Shown piece by piece: positions 11,655 to 23,832 of a stretch of 64,000 nt of DNA (position 1 is the stretch's first letter; every line of letters starts with the position of its first letter). Made by a program: the position numbers and the translations under genes. Source of the DNA: Malacoraja senta. Taxonomy: Eukaryota. Under the pieces are notes generated by a model, which was not told where the DNA came from, ran no database searches, and saw only the letters and a list, made by a program, of their open reading frames with translations. Location of the stretch: positions 9,798,001-9,862,000 of the forward strand of contig CM075992.1 in the NCBI GenBank assembly GCA_038087875.1, written 5' to 3'.

Positions 11655-11980
11655 GGGCGGCACGGTGGCGCAGCGGTAGAGTTGCTGCCTTACAGCGCTT
11701 ACAGCACTGGGGACCCGGGTTCAATCCCGACTGCAGGTGCTGTCTGTATGGAGTTTGTACGTTCTCCCGTGACCTGCGTGGGTTTTCTCCGAGATCTCGG
11801 TTTCCTCCCACACTCCAAGGACGTACAGTTTTGCAGGTTAATTGACATGGTATAAATGTAAAATTGTCCCATGTGTGTGTAGGGTAGTGTTAGTGTGAGA
11901 GTATCGCTGGTCGCTTTGGACTCGCAGGACTGTCGGGCCTGTTTCCGCGCTGTATCTCTAAACTAAACTAAATTAAACTA
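11655..11980 (+). mobile_element. HE1/V-SINE-like SINE, full length
   Basis: GGGCGGCACGGTGGCGCAGCGGTAGAG head, B box, core, (AAACT)n tail. Confidence 0.9.
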
Positions 11981-12261
11981 GCTAACCACACTGTAATAGT
12001 ATCAGCTGAAGAACATGTTGCAACCTAATCAAAATACAAAGTAGATCGCTGCCAAGGTCAGGCTGTAGTTAGAGATGTGCAGTGTTGTCCAAGAGGTTAA
12101 CTGTTGATGGTAAGAAGCTGCTCTTGAACATTGAGATCACGGTTCTCAGGCTCTTGTACCTTCTTCCCAATGGTAGCAACAAGATGAAAGCATACCCAGG
12201 GTGGAGTGGGTCTTTGATGATATTAGCTGCTTTATTGATGCTGTGATTCCAGTTGTTTAGA

Positions 12262-12632
12262 GATATGTTATGTGTATTAAATCATGAGAGGAATAGATTG
12301 GGTAGATGCACAGACTCTCTTGCCCAGAGTAGGGGAATCGAGGACCGGGGGACATAGGTTTAAGTTGAAGGGGAAAAGATTTAATAGGAATCTGAGGGGT
12401 CACTTTTTTCCACAATGGGTGGTGGGTGTATGGAACGAGCTGCCAGAAGAGGTAGTTGAGGCTGGGACTATAGCAACGTTTGAGAAACAGTTCGACAGGA
12501 ACATGGATAGGGCAGGTTTGGAGGGATATGGCCCAAACGTGGGCACGTGGGATTAGTGTAGCTGGGACATGTTGGGAAGGTGTGGACAAGTTGGGCTGAA
12601 GGGTCTGTTTCCACACTGTGTCACTCTATGAC
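12262..12632 (+). mobile_element. CR1-like LINE 3' end
   Basis: GHRFKLKGKRF...FFPQWVVGVWNELP. Confidence 0.85.
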
Positions 12633-12910
12633 TGCACGCAGCGCAGAAACAGACCCTTCTGCCCACCGAGCCCATGCCAACTAGCGATCCCCGCGACACC
12701 AACATTATTTTACACACTGGGGACAATTTACAATTATACTAAGCCAATTAACCTACAAATCTATACGTCTTTTGGAGGATGGGAGGAAGCATTAACATCC
12801 AGATCACGGGGAGATCATACAAACTCCATACAGACAGCACCTGTAGTCAGGATCGAACCCGGGTCTCTGGTGCTGTGAGGCAGCAACTCTACCACTGCGG
12901 CACTGTGCCG
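12633..12910 (-). mobile_element. HE1/V-SINE-like SINE
   Basis: reverse-complement SINE motifs. Confidence 0.75.
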
Positions 12911-13420
12911 TCCTAGATCACCATGTAGATCCCTTTGATGGCGGAGAAAGGAGTCCTCGTGATGGACCGGGCAGTGTCCGCCACGTTAGAGAAATGAAGG
13001 AAATTATAGGTTGGTGAGCATCACATCAACCTAACAACTCTAACTACAACCCAACCTTAGCCCTGATCTACTTTGGTTTTGGTTTTGGTTGTACTACAAT
13101 GCTTCAGCTTACACTACCACAGACTGGCTAGTGTTACTAATAATCTATAGTATTACTGATTATTGTATGTTTAGTCGATGTGTTATTGCATTAATGTGTC
13201 TGCAAAGCTGCAGGAACAAGAATTTCACAGGCAAGCTATTGGACAGGATTCTTCGGGATAGGATGTACCAGCACTAGAAGGGAATGGACTAATTAGGGAC
13301 CGTCACCATGGACTTGCCTGCGGTAGGTCACGTCTTACGAACTTGATTGAGCTTTTTGAGGAGGTGACAAAGATGATCGATGAGGTTAGGCTGGTGGAAG
13401 TTATCTACATGGATTTTAGT

Positions 13421-13779
13421 CATAGAAACATAGAAACATAGAAAATAGGTGCAGGAGGAGGCCATTCGGCCCTTCGAGCCAGCACCGCCATTCATTGTGA
13501 TCATGGCTGATCGTCCCCTATCAATAACCCATGCCTGCCTTCTCCCCATATCCCTTCACTCCACTAGCCCCTAGAGCTCTAACTAACCCTCTCTTAAATC
13601 CATCCAGTAATTTGGCCTCCACTGCCCTCTGTGGCAGGGAATTCCATAAATTCACAACTCTCTGGGTGAAAACGTTTTTTCTCACCTCAGTCTTAAACGA
13701 CCTCCCCTTTATTCTAAGACTGTGGCCCCTGGTTCTGGACTTGCCCAACATTGGGAACATTTTTCCTGCATCTAGCTTG
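13421..13779 (-). mobile_element. CR1/HER1-like LINE 3' end
   Basis: KLDAGKMFPMLG...GYGEKAG; (CTATGTTT)n tail. Confidence 0.9.
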
Positions 13780-14712
13780 CCATGGTGGAGAGGGTGGAGA
13801 GCTTCAGGTACCTCGGCATCCACATCTCCCAGGACCTGACATGGTCACACCACCTCAGCAGCCTGGTAAAGAAGGCCAACCAGCGTCTTTACCATCTCAG
13901 ACGGCTGAGGGACTTCAAGCTCCCCCTCAAGGTGCTCAAGAACTTCTACACCCATACTCTGGAGAGCATCCTGAGTGGGAGCATCATCACCTGGATGGGG
14001 AACACCATCAAGAGGGACCAACTGGCTCTGAGGAGGGTGGTTCGCTCAGCTGAGCGGACCATCAAAACCACCCTTCCCAACCTGCAGGACATCTACACCA
14101 AGTGCTGCAGGTCAAGAGCCAGGAGGATTATCCAGGACCACGCTCACCCCAACAACAGACTGTTTTCCCTGCTGCCCTCAGGGAAACGGTACCGGCTGCT
14201 CAGGGCCAACACGGAGAGAATGAGGAGGAGTTTCTTTCCCCAGGCCATGAGACTGCTGAACGAGGACGGAGTGTCGCCGCCCCCCCCCTCCCCCCCCCAG
14301 CCCCCCAACGCCCAAACCCTCCCCACCCTCCTCACCAGCACCTCACCAGCACCTGCACCCCCGCCCAAACCCCCCGCCCCGCCCCGCCCCGCCTCGCCAC
14401 CATCAAACACACACACATGGGACTGAACTGGACGGAACATGCTGTCACCACAGGTGTTCCACGGCACTTGTCACTTTGCTTGTAACAGCACTACTTGTTA
14501 TGTGGTATATTTATGGGGTATGTGTTATATGTAGGCATTGTTTTATGTGGGTTATGTGGTATTATGTGTTATATATGGGTATTGTTTTATGTGGGTTATG
14601 TGTAAGTGGGGAACCATGCACAACTGGACAGGCACTTAAGCATTTCACTACTGGTTATACCTGTATAATTGAGTATGTGACCAATAATCTTGAATTGAAT
14701 TGAATTGAATTG
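13780..14712 (+). mobile_element. Rex1/Babar-like LINE 3' part
   Basis: VERVESFRYLGIHISQDLTWS...KANQRLYHLRRL...FFPQAMRLLN; (TTGAA)n tail. Confidence 0.88.
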
Positions 14713-15025
14713 AAGCCATTTGCTAAAGTCAACTACTGCAGGTTAATCCAGAAGGTTACAATGGATGGGATCCATGGTGTCTTTGGATTCAGAACTGGCT
14801 TACACATAGAAGTTTACACATAGCTTAGATGGATATGGCCCAAACATGGGCAGGTGGGACTATGTAGATAGGCCATCTTGGTCGGCATGGACAAGTTGGG
14901 CCAAAGTGCCTGTGTCCATGATGTTTGACTCTACGACTCTAATTGTGATGGAAGGAAGATATTCTGGCTGTAGCTTTGTGACCAGTGTAGTTCAGTGGGG
15001 ATCAGTGCTGGGATCTCTGCGGTTT

Positions 15026-15059
<34 letters not shown>

Positions 15060-15128
15060 ACTTGTAGCTGGCTCGGTTAGTAATTGTAGCTGGCTTGGTT
15101 AGTAATTGTAGATGGCTTGGTTAGTAAG
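15026..15128. repeat. (TA)n microsatellite followed by three copies of a 22-bp unit TTGTAGCTGGCTYGGTTAGTAA
   Basis: seen directly. Confidence 0.85.
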
Positions 15129-15252
15129 TTTTCAGATGACTGCATAATTTGTGGTTTCTGACAGTGAGAAAAGTTGTCAAAGTATGCAGCGTGATGTAGG
15201 TCAGCCACAGAAATGGGCGGAGAAATAGTCAATCGAGTTTAATCTGAGCAAA

Positions 15253-16146
15253 GGCACACAAAAATGCTGGAGAAACTCAGCGGGTGCAGCAGCATCTATG
15301 GAGCGAAGGAAATAGGTAACATTTCGGGCCGAAACCCTTCTTCAGACTGATAGGGGGTGGGGAGAAGAAAGGAAAAAAGGAAAAGGCAAAGGAGGAGCCC
15401 GAGGGCTGGGGGAGGGGAGGAGACAACCAGATGGCTGATGAAGGGGAGGGGACAGCCAGGGCTAGCAGAATTGGGAGAATTCAATGTTCAGGCCACCAGG
15501 ATGTAGACTGCCCAAGCGGAATATGAGGTGCATTTCCTCCAATTTACGGTGTTGCTCGCTGTGGCCATGGAGGAGACCCAGGACAGAGAGGTCAGATACG
15601 GAATGGGAGGGGGAGTTGAAGTGCTGAGCCACCGGGAGTTCAGGTTGGTTATTGCGGACCGACCGGAGGTGTTCGGCGAAACGATCGCCAAGCCTCCGCT
15701 TGGTCTCACCGATGTAGATCAGCTGGCATCTAGAGCAGCGAATGCAATAGATGAGGTTGGAGGAGATGCAGGTGAACCTCTGTCGCACCTGGAACGACTG
15801 CTTGGATCCTTGAATGGAGTGGAGGGGGGAGGTGAAGGGACAAGTGTTGCATCTCTTGCGGTTGCAAGGGAAAGTACCAGGGGAGGGGGTGGTATGGGAG
15901 GGAAGGGAAGAATTGACAAGGGAGTTACGGAGGGAGCGGTCTTTGCGGAAGGCAGACATGGGGGGAGATGGGAAGATGTGGCGAGTGGTGGGGTCACGTT
16001 GGAGGTGGCGAAACTGACGGAGGATTACTTGTTGTATGTGACGGCTGGTGGGGTGAAAGGTGAGGACTAGGGGGACTCTGCCTTTGTTGTGAGTGGGGGG
16101 ATGGGGAGAGAGAGAGCAGTGTTGCGGGGTATGGCAGAGACCCTGC
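15253..16146 (-). mobile_element. Penelope-like element 3' part with open GIY-YIG endonuclease frame and pseudo-LTR
   Basis: ORF 15462-16148: CNRKRCNTC zinc-binding region, NLIYCIRCSRCQLIYIGETKRRLGDRFAEH...GLN. Confidence 0.92.
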
Positions 16147-16169
16147 AAATGTGAGGTCTAGTAAGAGTG

Positions 16170-16450
16170 TAGTTTAGAGGTACAGAGCAGAAACGCCCTT
16201 CTGCCCACCATTTCCACCATGACCAGCGATAACCGTACATTAGCACTATCCTACACACTCAGGACAATTTACAATTTTTATCAAAGCCAATTAACCTACA
16301 AACCTACTTGTCTTTGGATTGTTGTAGGAAACCAGAGCACCCCGGGAAAACCCACGCAGGTCACGGAGAGAATGTACAGATGTATTTGTAGTCAGATTCG
16401 AACCAGTATCTCTGGTGCTGTGAGGTAGAAACTCTACCACTGCGCCACCG
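16170..16450 (-). mobile_element. HE1/V-SINE-like SINE
   Basis: reverse-complement SINE motifs. Confidence 0.75.
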
Positions 16451-17336
16451 TTCACAAATTCACAAGTTATAGGAGTAGAATTAGACTATTCGGCCCATTG
16501 TACAAACTCCGTACAGACAGCACCCGTAGTCAGGATTGAACCCGGGCCTCTGGCGCTGTGAAGCAGTAGCTCTACCGCAAAGCCACCTTGGCTTATGACA
16601 GTGGCATTGAATAGGCTTTTAGATAGGCACATGGATATGCAGGGAATGGAGGGATATGGATCACTTGCAGGCAGAGGAGCTTAGTTTAACTTTGCATTAT
16701 ATTCAGCTCGGACATTGTAGGTCTAAGGGCCTGTTCCTGCACTAAAACTGTTCTCTGTTCAGGTTCTATGCACATTCACCTTCTCCACAGATGCTGCCTG
16801 TCCCGCTGAGTTACTCTAGCATTTTGTGTCTATCTTCGGTGTAAACCAGCATCTGCCATTCCTTCCTATACAGTTCGATAGAGCTATTGGGGACATGTCA
16901 GTTTAGATCAGAACAGACTAGTTCATACGTTCTATGAGCAGAATGAGGCCACTCCGCCATTGAATCATGGCTGATCTATCGCACCCTCTCAACCTCATTC
17001 TCCTGCCTTCTCCCCGTAACCCCTGACAACCGTACTAATCAAGAATCTGTCAATCTCCGCCTTAAAAATGTCCAATGACTTGGCCTCCAAAACCCTTTGT
17101 GGCAATGAATTCCAAAGATTCACCACCCTCTGGCTAAAGAAATTCCTCCTCATCTTCTTTCTAAAGGTACATCCTTTTATATGTTCTCTTGAGGATGTTC
17201 TAAGTCAACTTACAGGCGATGGGAGCTCCCGAGGTTTAAAGGCCATTGCATTGTGGAGAACAGGGCAGCCACTTGTAGACGTTCGATAGAGCATTGGTGA
17301 CATGTTAGGTTATATCAGAACAGACTACAGACTTAC

Positions 17337-17642
17337 TAGTTTAGTTCGGAGACACAGCATGGAAAGAGGCCTTTCAGCCCACCGAGTCCCCATCAACCAG
17401 CAATCCCCGCACACTTACACTATCCTACACACAATAAGGACGATTTTACATTCATACCAGGCCACTTAACCTACAAACCTGTACGTCTTTGGAGTGTGGG
17501 AGGAAACCGAAGATCTCGGAGAAAACCCACGCAGGTCACGGGAGAATGTACAAACTTTGTACAGACAGCACCCATAGTCAGGATAGAATCCGGGTCTCTG
17601 GCGCTGTAAGAGCAGCAAGGCAGCAACTCTACCACTGTGCCT
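17337..17642 (-). mobile_element. HE1/V-SINE-like SINE
   Basis: reverse-complement SINE motifs. Confidence 0.8.
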
Positions 17643-17956
17643 CCAAAGATGTACATAGTTGTAATGAAAGTGCATTAACAGGTGATATTATTGCACTTTT
17701 CCCTCTGTGAATATGGTCTACCTGCTGTGTATTTTCAGCATTTTCTACTTTGGTTTAGGTTTCCAGCATTTGAAGAGTTTGAATTCTGACATGTTCACTA
17801 TTTTCCCCTTTCTCTGTATCCATTCACCTCCTTACCCTCCCAACTCCTCCAGATAGTTTGGCTGTGACTAATCTTGTCCACCCTGTGATTAATCTTCAGC
17901 CTCCCTTTGTGTCATTCATTCCCTCAGTCGCAGGCTTTGTCCGCCCCACTCTCAGC

Positions 17957-18417
17957 AAGGATGGTTCCACTTGTGAGAGAGTCTAGGACCAGAGGGCATA
18001 GCCTTCGGAATAAAGGACGTTCCTTTAGGTAGGAGATGAGGAGGAATTTGGGTCAGAGGGCGGTGAATCTGTGGAATTCTTTGCCTCAGAAGGCTGTGGA
18101 GGCCAAGTCAGTGGATATTTTTAATGCAGAGATAGATGGATTCTTGATTAGTACGGGTGTCAAGGGTTATGTGGAGAAGGCAGTCACGGTGGTGCAGCGG
18201 CAGAGTTGCTGCCTTACAGCGAATGCAGTGCTGGAGACCCGGGTTCGATCCCGACGGTGGGCCGAAGGGCCTGTTTCCATGCTGTACCTCTAAACCGAAC
18301 TAAACTAAACAATACTAAAAGGCAGGAGAATGGGGTTAGGGGGGAGAGATAGAATGGTGGAGCAGACTTGATAGGCCGAATGGCCTAATTCTGCACCTAT
18401 CATTTATGATCTTATGA
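17957..18417 (+). mobile_element. CR1-like 3' end interrupted by a head-plus-tail mini-SINE (about 18183-18317)
   Basis: VNLWNSLPQKAVEAKSVDIF; AAGGCAG on both sides of the insert. Confidence 0.75.
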
Positions 18418-18436
18418 AAAAGCATATTTGATATAA

Positions 18437-18581
18437 TGTTTAAGAAGGAACTGCAGATGCTGGAAAATCGAAGGTAGTCAAAAGTGCTGGAGAAACTCAG
18501 CAGGTGCGGAAGCATCTATGGAGCTCCATAGATGCTGTCTCACCCGCTGACTTTCTACAGCACTTTTGTCTACCTTTGATA
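18437..18581. mobile_element. Penelope pseudo-LTR fold-back with no spacer
   Basis: perfect 26-bp palindrome 18511-18536 with imperfect extended arms. Confidence 0.8.
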
Positions 18582-18949
18582 TCATGTTTGATAATAGCTC
18601 TTTTTTTTAATTGAAAATTATTTACGTAATGCTCATAAAAATATTACGTAATGCTCATAAAAATATTTGTTTCTCTCTTTTTCCTCTTTCTCTTTCTCTT
18701 TCTCTCTTAGTGTCTATTTCTTAACTCTTTTTCTTTTGTTTTTAATTTTGCTCTTATAGGGTCTTCGTCCTTTTTTGTTGTCACATTTCCTACACTTTCA
18801 CTTTTTCCTTCACTTTCTTCTTTCTTTCAATCTTTTCCTTTTCTAGTGTAAAAAATAAATGTACATTAATTGTAAGAAGATATAAATGACGAGTACTAAT
18901 GTATGTGGTTGTAATGTAATGTACTTCTAATAAATAAAATTTAAAAAAA

Positions 18950-19300
18950 TTTTTTTTTTTTAAATAAAAAATTATTTAATCAATTATTTACAATAATATT
19001 TAGGGTATGAAAAAAAAATCAAAACCCACCACCACATTACAAGACAAACGAAATAAACTAATATGCAACTATATGTCAATACTTATTGAGGATGCATTCA
19101 ACCCTCCACGGTGCCTCGCTTTCCCTGACAGCGCGAAGTCCATCTCGAGTACCACCCGGGTGCGGACGTAACCCCGTAAAAGGGGCAGGCAGCCGGCTCG
19201 GGCAGAGACCTCTTCCGCCTGGCGCCGTGACTTGTGGATGGCCAGCTTGGCCAGGCCCAGGAGCAACCCAACCAGGACATCTTCGGCCCTATAGATAAAA
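18950..19300 (-). mobile_element. Tx1/L1-clade LINE 3' end with poly(A)
   Basis: LLGLAKLAIHKSRR...LLRGYVRTRVVLE resembles the Tx1-type ORF2 C-terminus; T-run at 18950. Confidence 0.7.
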
Positions 19301-19584
19301 GCTCATTGATGTGACAGATTAACACTGTTTGTCTCAAGGCGGATACTGCCTGGGCTGCACTTGCTGTTTATATTTTAGATTTTCAGCATCTGTGGTCTTT
19401 TGCCTGTTGGCGCATGGACTAAGGAGGTCACTTCACTTGTCAAACCCAGCCCACTTTCCGGAGCAAATATCTCCCAATCGGTTTAAAAGGAAAAATTGAC
19501 TGTCACATCAAGTGATGGCTGGAGAAAAGTATTCCAAATGGTTGCTCCCTGTGTGTAGAAATATTTCCCTAACATTTCTCCAAA

Positions 19585-20012
19585 ATTTGACGGCACTGGG
19601 CCTGTACTTGCTGGAGTTTAGAAGGATGAGGGGGGACCACATTGAAACTTACCGAATAGTGAAAGACCTGGATAGAGTGGATGCGGAGAGGATGTTTACA
19701 CTAGTGGAGGAGTCTTGGACCAGAGGTCATAGGCCCAGAATTAAAGGTTGTTCCTTTAGGACAGAGAAGAGGAGGGATTTAGGTCAGAGGGTGGTGAATC
19801 TGTGGAATTCATTGCCACAGAAGGTTGTGGAGGCCAAGTCAATGGTTATTTTTAAGGCAGAAATAGATTCCTGATTAGTACGGCATCAGGGGTTATGGGG
19901 AGAAGACAGGAGAATGGGGTTGGGAGGGAGAGATAGATCAGCCATAATTGAATGGCTGAGTGGACAAGATGGGTTGAATGTCCTAATTTTGCTCCTATCA
20001 CTTATGAACTCC
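19585..20012 (+). mobile_element. CR1-like LINE 3' part
   Basis: LGLYLLEFRRMRGDHIETY...VNLWNSLP. Confidence 0.85.
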
Positions 20013-21002
20013 TAATGCTCTTTCCAAAGATACTAACTGCAGAATCCCTCACTTTTCCACGTAAACGGTGTCCTCGCCCCCCCCCCCCCTCACTCTCCGC
20101 ACCTCCCTCATACCAGCGGGCCCTGTTCCCACAGCAGTAATGATACCATGGAGATAGTGTGAGCGGTGGCTTTATCTGCCTGGTTCATGACTTCATTAGA
20201 GCAGCCCCCTTGCACTCCCGCAGTATGGGAGGAAATCTAATTGCAGCAGTGAAGTTGAAGAAAGAGTCGAGAAGCCGAAACTGTCAACACTGTGTTTCAG
20301 CAGGGGACCCATTTGCTGTCAGGGTTGGAAAGTGGAACGCCAACCGAGGGATTTACAGGGAGGTCAGCTATTCACGGCAGGTCAGGGTTTTGCTGGCCGC
20401 ATTCAGAGGTGCTAAAGCACACGGATATATTTTGTGCTTTGACCAGGACACACAATTACTTGGGCCGCTCCCAGAAGCACGGCATAGCTCATCCCAACAA
20501 TCTTACAACAACTGTGCACTTAGGGGAAAACATACTTGGCTACTAACGTTCCATTTCTCTTCACTTTCTAGTCCTCCACCTAATAAATAAAAGCAGTAAC
20601 TTGAGAGGATTATGACCGGCCAAGTACTGATTTATGGCTGTACTTAGATTCAAACTTCTAGCACTGCACTGTTTGGCTTGGCATCCAGTCTGCAGATTTC
20701 TTCCCAGACACGTGTGGTGTTAATGCAGGAGGATAAGGGACAGCCAGTCGATAACTGGCTGCATGAAGTGGGGGCTGTTTGAGAGTGATGTGCGGGGGTG
20801 CAGTGTTGAAGCGGATAGTTCCTGTTCCAGGCCAACCACGCAGGAGTATCAGCTCTGAGATGACTTCATAAGTCATAAAATGCGACACTGCAACGTCGCC
20901 ATGACAACGGGCCTTCATGGTCAGGTCAAGATCCCTGCACTTACAACAACTGGGACTTGAAAATGGCCCCAAACTGGCCACTCTGTACACTGTCTCAGTG
21001 TA

Positions 21003-21160
21003 CTAGAAACATAGAAACATAGAAAATAGGTGCAGGAGGAGGCCATTCAGCCCTTCGAGCCTGCACCGCCATTCATTGTGATCATGGCTGATCGTCCCCA
21101 ATCAATAACCCGTGCCTGGCTTCTCCCCATAGCCCTTGATTCCACTAGCCCCTAGAGCTC
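21003..21160 (-). mobile_element. CR1-like LINE 3' end
   Basis: (CTATGTTT)n tail plus 3' UTR. Confidence 0.8.
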
Positions 21161-22855
21161 TAATAGAAACTTACTACTGCTGCACACTTGTACTGTATTT
21201 GCGATGCTTATCTAAGATGTGTCTATGTACATATGGATAATGATACTTGTACTGAACTGTGTACAACAATGAATTTCACTGTACCTCGATACATATGACG
21301 ATAAAGCACCATACCATACAAATCATAGGAGCAGAATTAGGCCATTTGGTCCATCAAGTCTACTCTGCCATTCCATCATGGCTGATCTATCTTTCCCTCT
21401 CAACCCCATTCTCCTGCCTTCTCCCCATAACCCATGGCACCCGTACTAATCAAGAAACTGTCAATCTCCACCGTAAAAATACCCACTGACTTGGTCTCCA
21501 CAGCCGTCTGTGGCAATGAATTCCACAGATTCACCTCCTCATCTCCTTTCTAAAGTTACATCCTTTTTATACGTTCTTTTAGTTTAGAAATACAACGTGG
21601 AAACAGGCCCTCCGGCCCACCAAGTCCGGGCCGACCAGCGATCCCCGCACACTAGCACTATCCCAACATACACTTGGGACAATTTACAATTATACCAAGC
21701 CAATCGACAAACCTGTACATCTTTGGAGTGAACATTTTCAGGATGTTCCAAGTCTTGAGGTTTAATGGCCATTGATGTGTGTAGAACAGAGTGATGAGAT
21801 TGATTGCACCAGGCTGCAGGGTGATAATCGGCATATTCTCATTGTGTAGGAAAGAACTGCAGATGTTGGTTTAAATCGAAGATAGACACAAAATGTTTGT
21901 GCAACTCAGCGGGACAGGCAGCATCTCTGGAGAGAAGGAATGGGTGAGCATTTTGTGTCTATATTCTCATTGTGTACTGCTCCAGGGCTGCAGCTCTGCT
22001 CACGGTGAGTCTCTGACTACGATGTGCCTTTTGGAGGCAAAAGACAATGCATTGATGTGAGAATCTCGACAAAACATTGCACGGGCCGTGGTTTTATTTG
22101 CTTTTCTTGGCACTCTTTAGAGTCACTGAGCTGTGCAGCATGGAAACAGGCCCTTCGGCCCAGCAGGTCCATGCCGCCCTTTTATCGCATGTACACTGAT
22201 TGTATTTGCTCGTGTTTAGTCCAGATCTTTTTTGCAGTCTCCTTAAACTAAACTAAAAATTAAAACTAAGGTTGTCTGGCTGCTTTTACAACGGGTCATC
22301 AACACATCAGGACACCTCAGTCTTCTCAGTCAATCGTGTATAATAGATAGATTAAACGAGAACTTACCAGTTTGAAGTTTGATCTTTATTTTATGAGGAG
22401 TTACAATGAGTGATTACGTGAAGAACCCCGTCAGTCGGCTTGCGCGTCAATCTTTAAAGCAGCGGTGTGAAACCACAGATAAAACGTAACTGAAGTAACA
22501 TAATAAGAATATAAAACAGACCTTCCAGTTGACCTTTATAATATTGAGGGCCGGGAGCGGTGGGCACGTAATCGCTCAATGTAACTCCTCATAAATTAAA
22601 GATCAAACTTCAAACTGGTAAGTTCTCGTTTAATCTTACTATTTTACTTCGGAGTCACGTGAGTGATTCCGTGAAGAATTCAAAGCTCTGTGATTTCATG
22701 CCGTAGATAGGAATCCAGGCTTCTCACACTGCATCAGTTGACTCAGGAGGAGTGAATAATGAGCAATACAATGAAACATGGTACAGATTAACATGTTGCT
22801 TTAATTCACAAACAAATAAAGAAAAATACAATAGCGACCCCTCTCCCAGGGGAAG

Positions 22856-23832
22856 CTAGGAAACAGAACTTAAAATAAAATTGGTGAACACCCCGGTTTC
22901 GATAAGTGGTTTATTGTAAAACCGGTGAAATGTCAGTTCATTGGACCATCCTGCGGCCGCGAGGATATGGTCTAGAGGGACGTCCATTGCCCTCGCTGCT
23001 GACGTTGATGCCGCCCTGGTGGAGTGAGATTTAAAATTGTCAGTATTAACTCCTGCAAAAACCAATACTTGTTTCAGCCATCTTGAGATGGTCTGGACGG
23101 ACACTTTCCCATGTGTTTTTTTGTGGCTAACAAACAATTGTACTTCCGATCCTCTGAGGCCCTTGGTGACCTCAATATAAGACAACAAGTGCGCCACCAC
23201 ACACAGTCGTAAATCCGTGGGATACGGTGACAGTAAAAGCTTGACTCCTGACACCCCTGGTCTGCTCTGTTTTATGAGATCATATATGTAGAACAGAACG
23301 TCATTTCCAGATGACACCATCCTGTCCAGTCTCAATTTGTGCAGAGACTCTGCGCTGACACTAACGCCATGAGCATAACCAACTTCAAGGCAATCTTTAC
23401 CAAAGACAAGGATGTGGCTGGACCCCACTGTCGAAGCAGCGTGAGTACCACACTGACATCCCAGATTTCTGTATATCTAGGCATGGGGGGATTGGAATTA
23501 AAAACACCCTTCATAAATCGAGATATTAACGGATGAGATCCTACAGACTGTAGTTCTGACCCCAAACATAAATACGACGACAGAGCACTCCTGGCAGTAT
23601 TGATGGCACTATAACTTAAGCCGTCATCAAAATACAATTTGGAGAGAAACTCTAACACATCTGGGATGGAAACTGTGTGGTAAGTAATTTTCTCTTTTAT
23701 GCAAAATGCCTCCCACTTCCTGATATGAGAGAGATACTGCTTTTTTGTACTATCCCTCAAGGATGATGTGATGATGTCCACGGTGCGATTGGATAATCCC
23801 AGACCCAGGTATGGCCTCCTTAAAACCTGCAA
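22856..23832 (-). pseudogene. DIRS tyrosine recombinase in two overlapping frames
   Basis: STKKQYLSHIRKW, YSAINTARSALS, LCVV, SHSTRAAS, AAGWS, FHRFY. Confidence 0.9.

Larger units (their letters stand above)
13230..15250 (+). mobile_element. Old CR1-like RT fragment hosting a composite insertion at 13421-14712
   Basis: SRLTNLIELFEEVT...YMDFS, continuing after the insert as AAGCCATTTG; GSVLGS; FSDD. Confidence 0.65.

Noticed and set aside
11655..11735. tRNA gene
   Set aside because: The tRNA-like head continues into SINE core and tail, and about 20 similar copies occur in the window
20130..21000. ORFs 20159-20590 and 20658-20990 in non-repeat DNA
   Set aside because: No motif and no convincing splice-site pair
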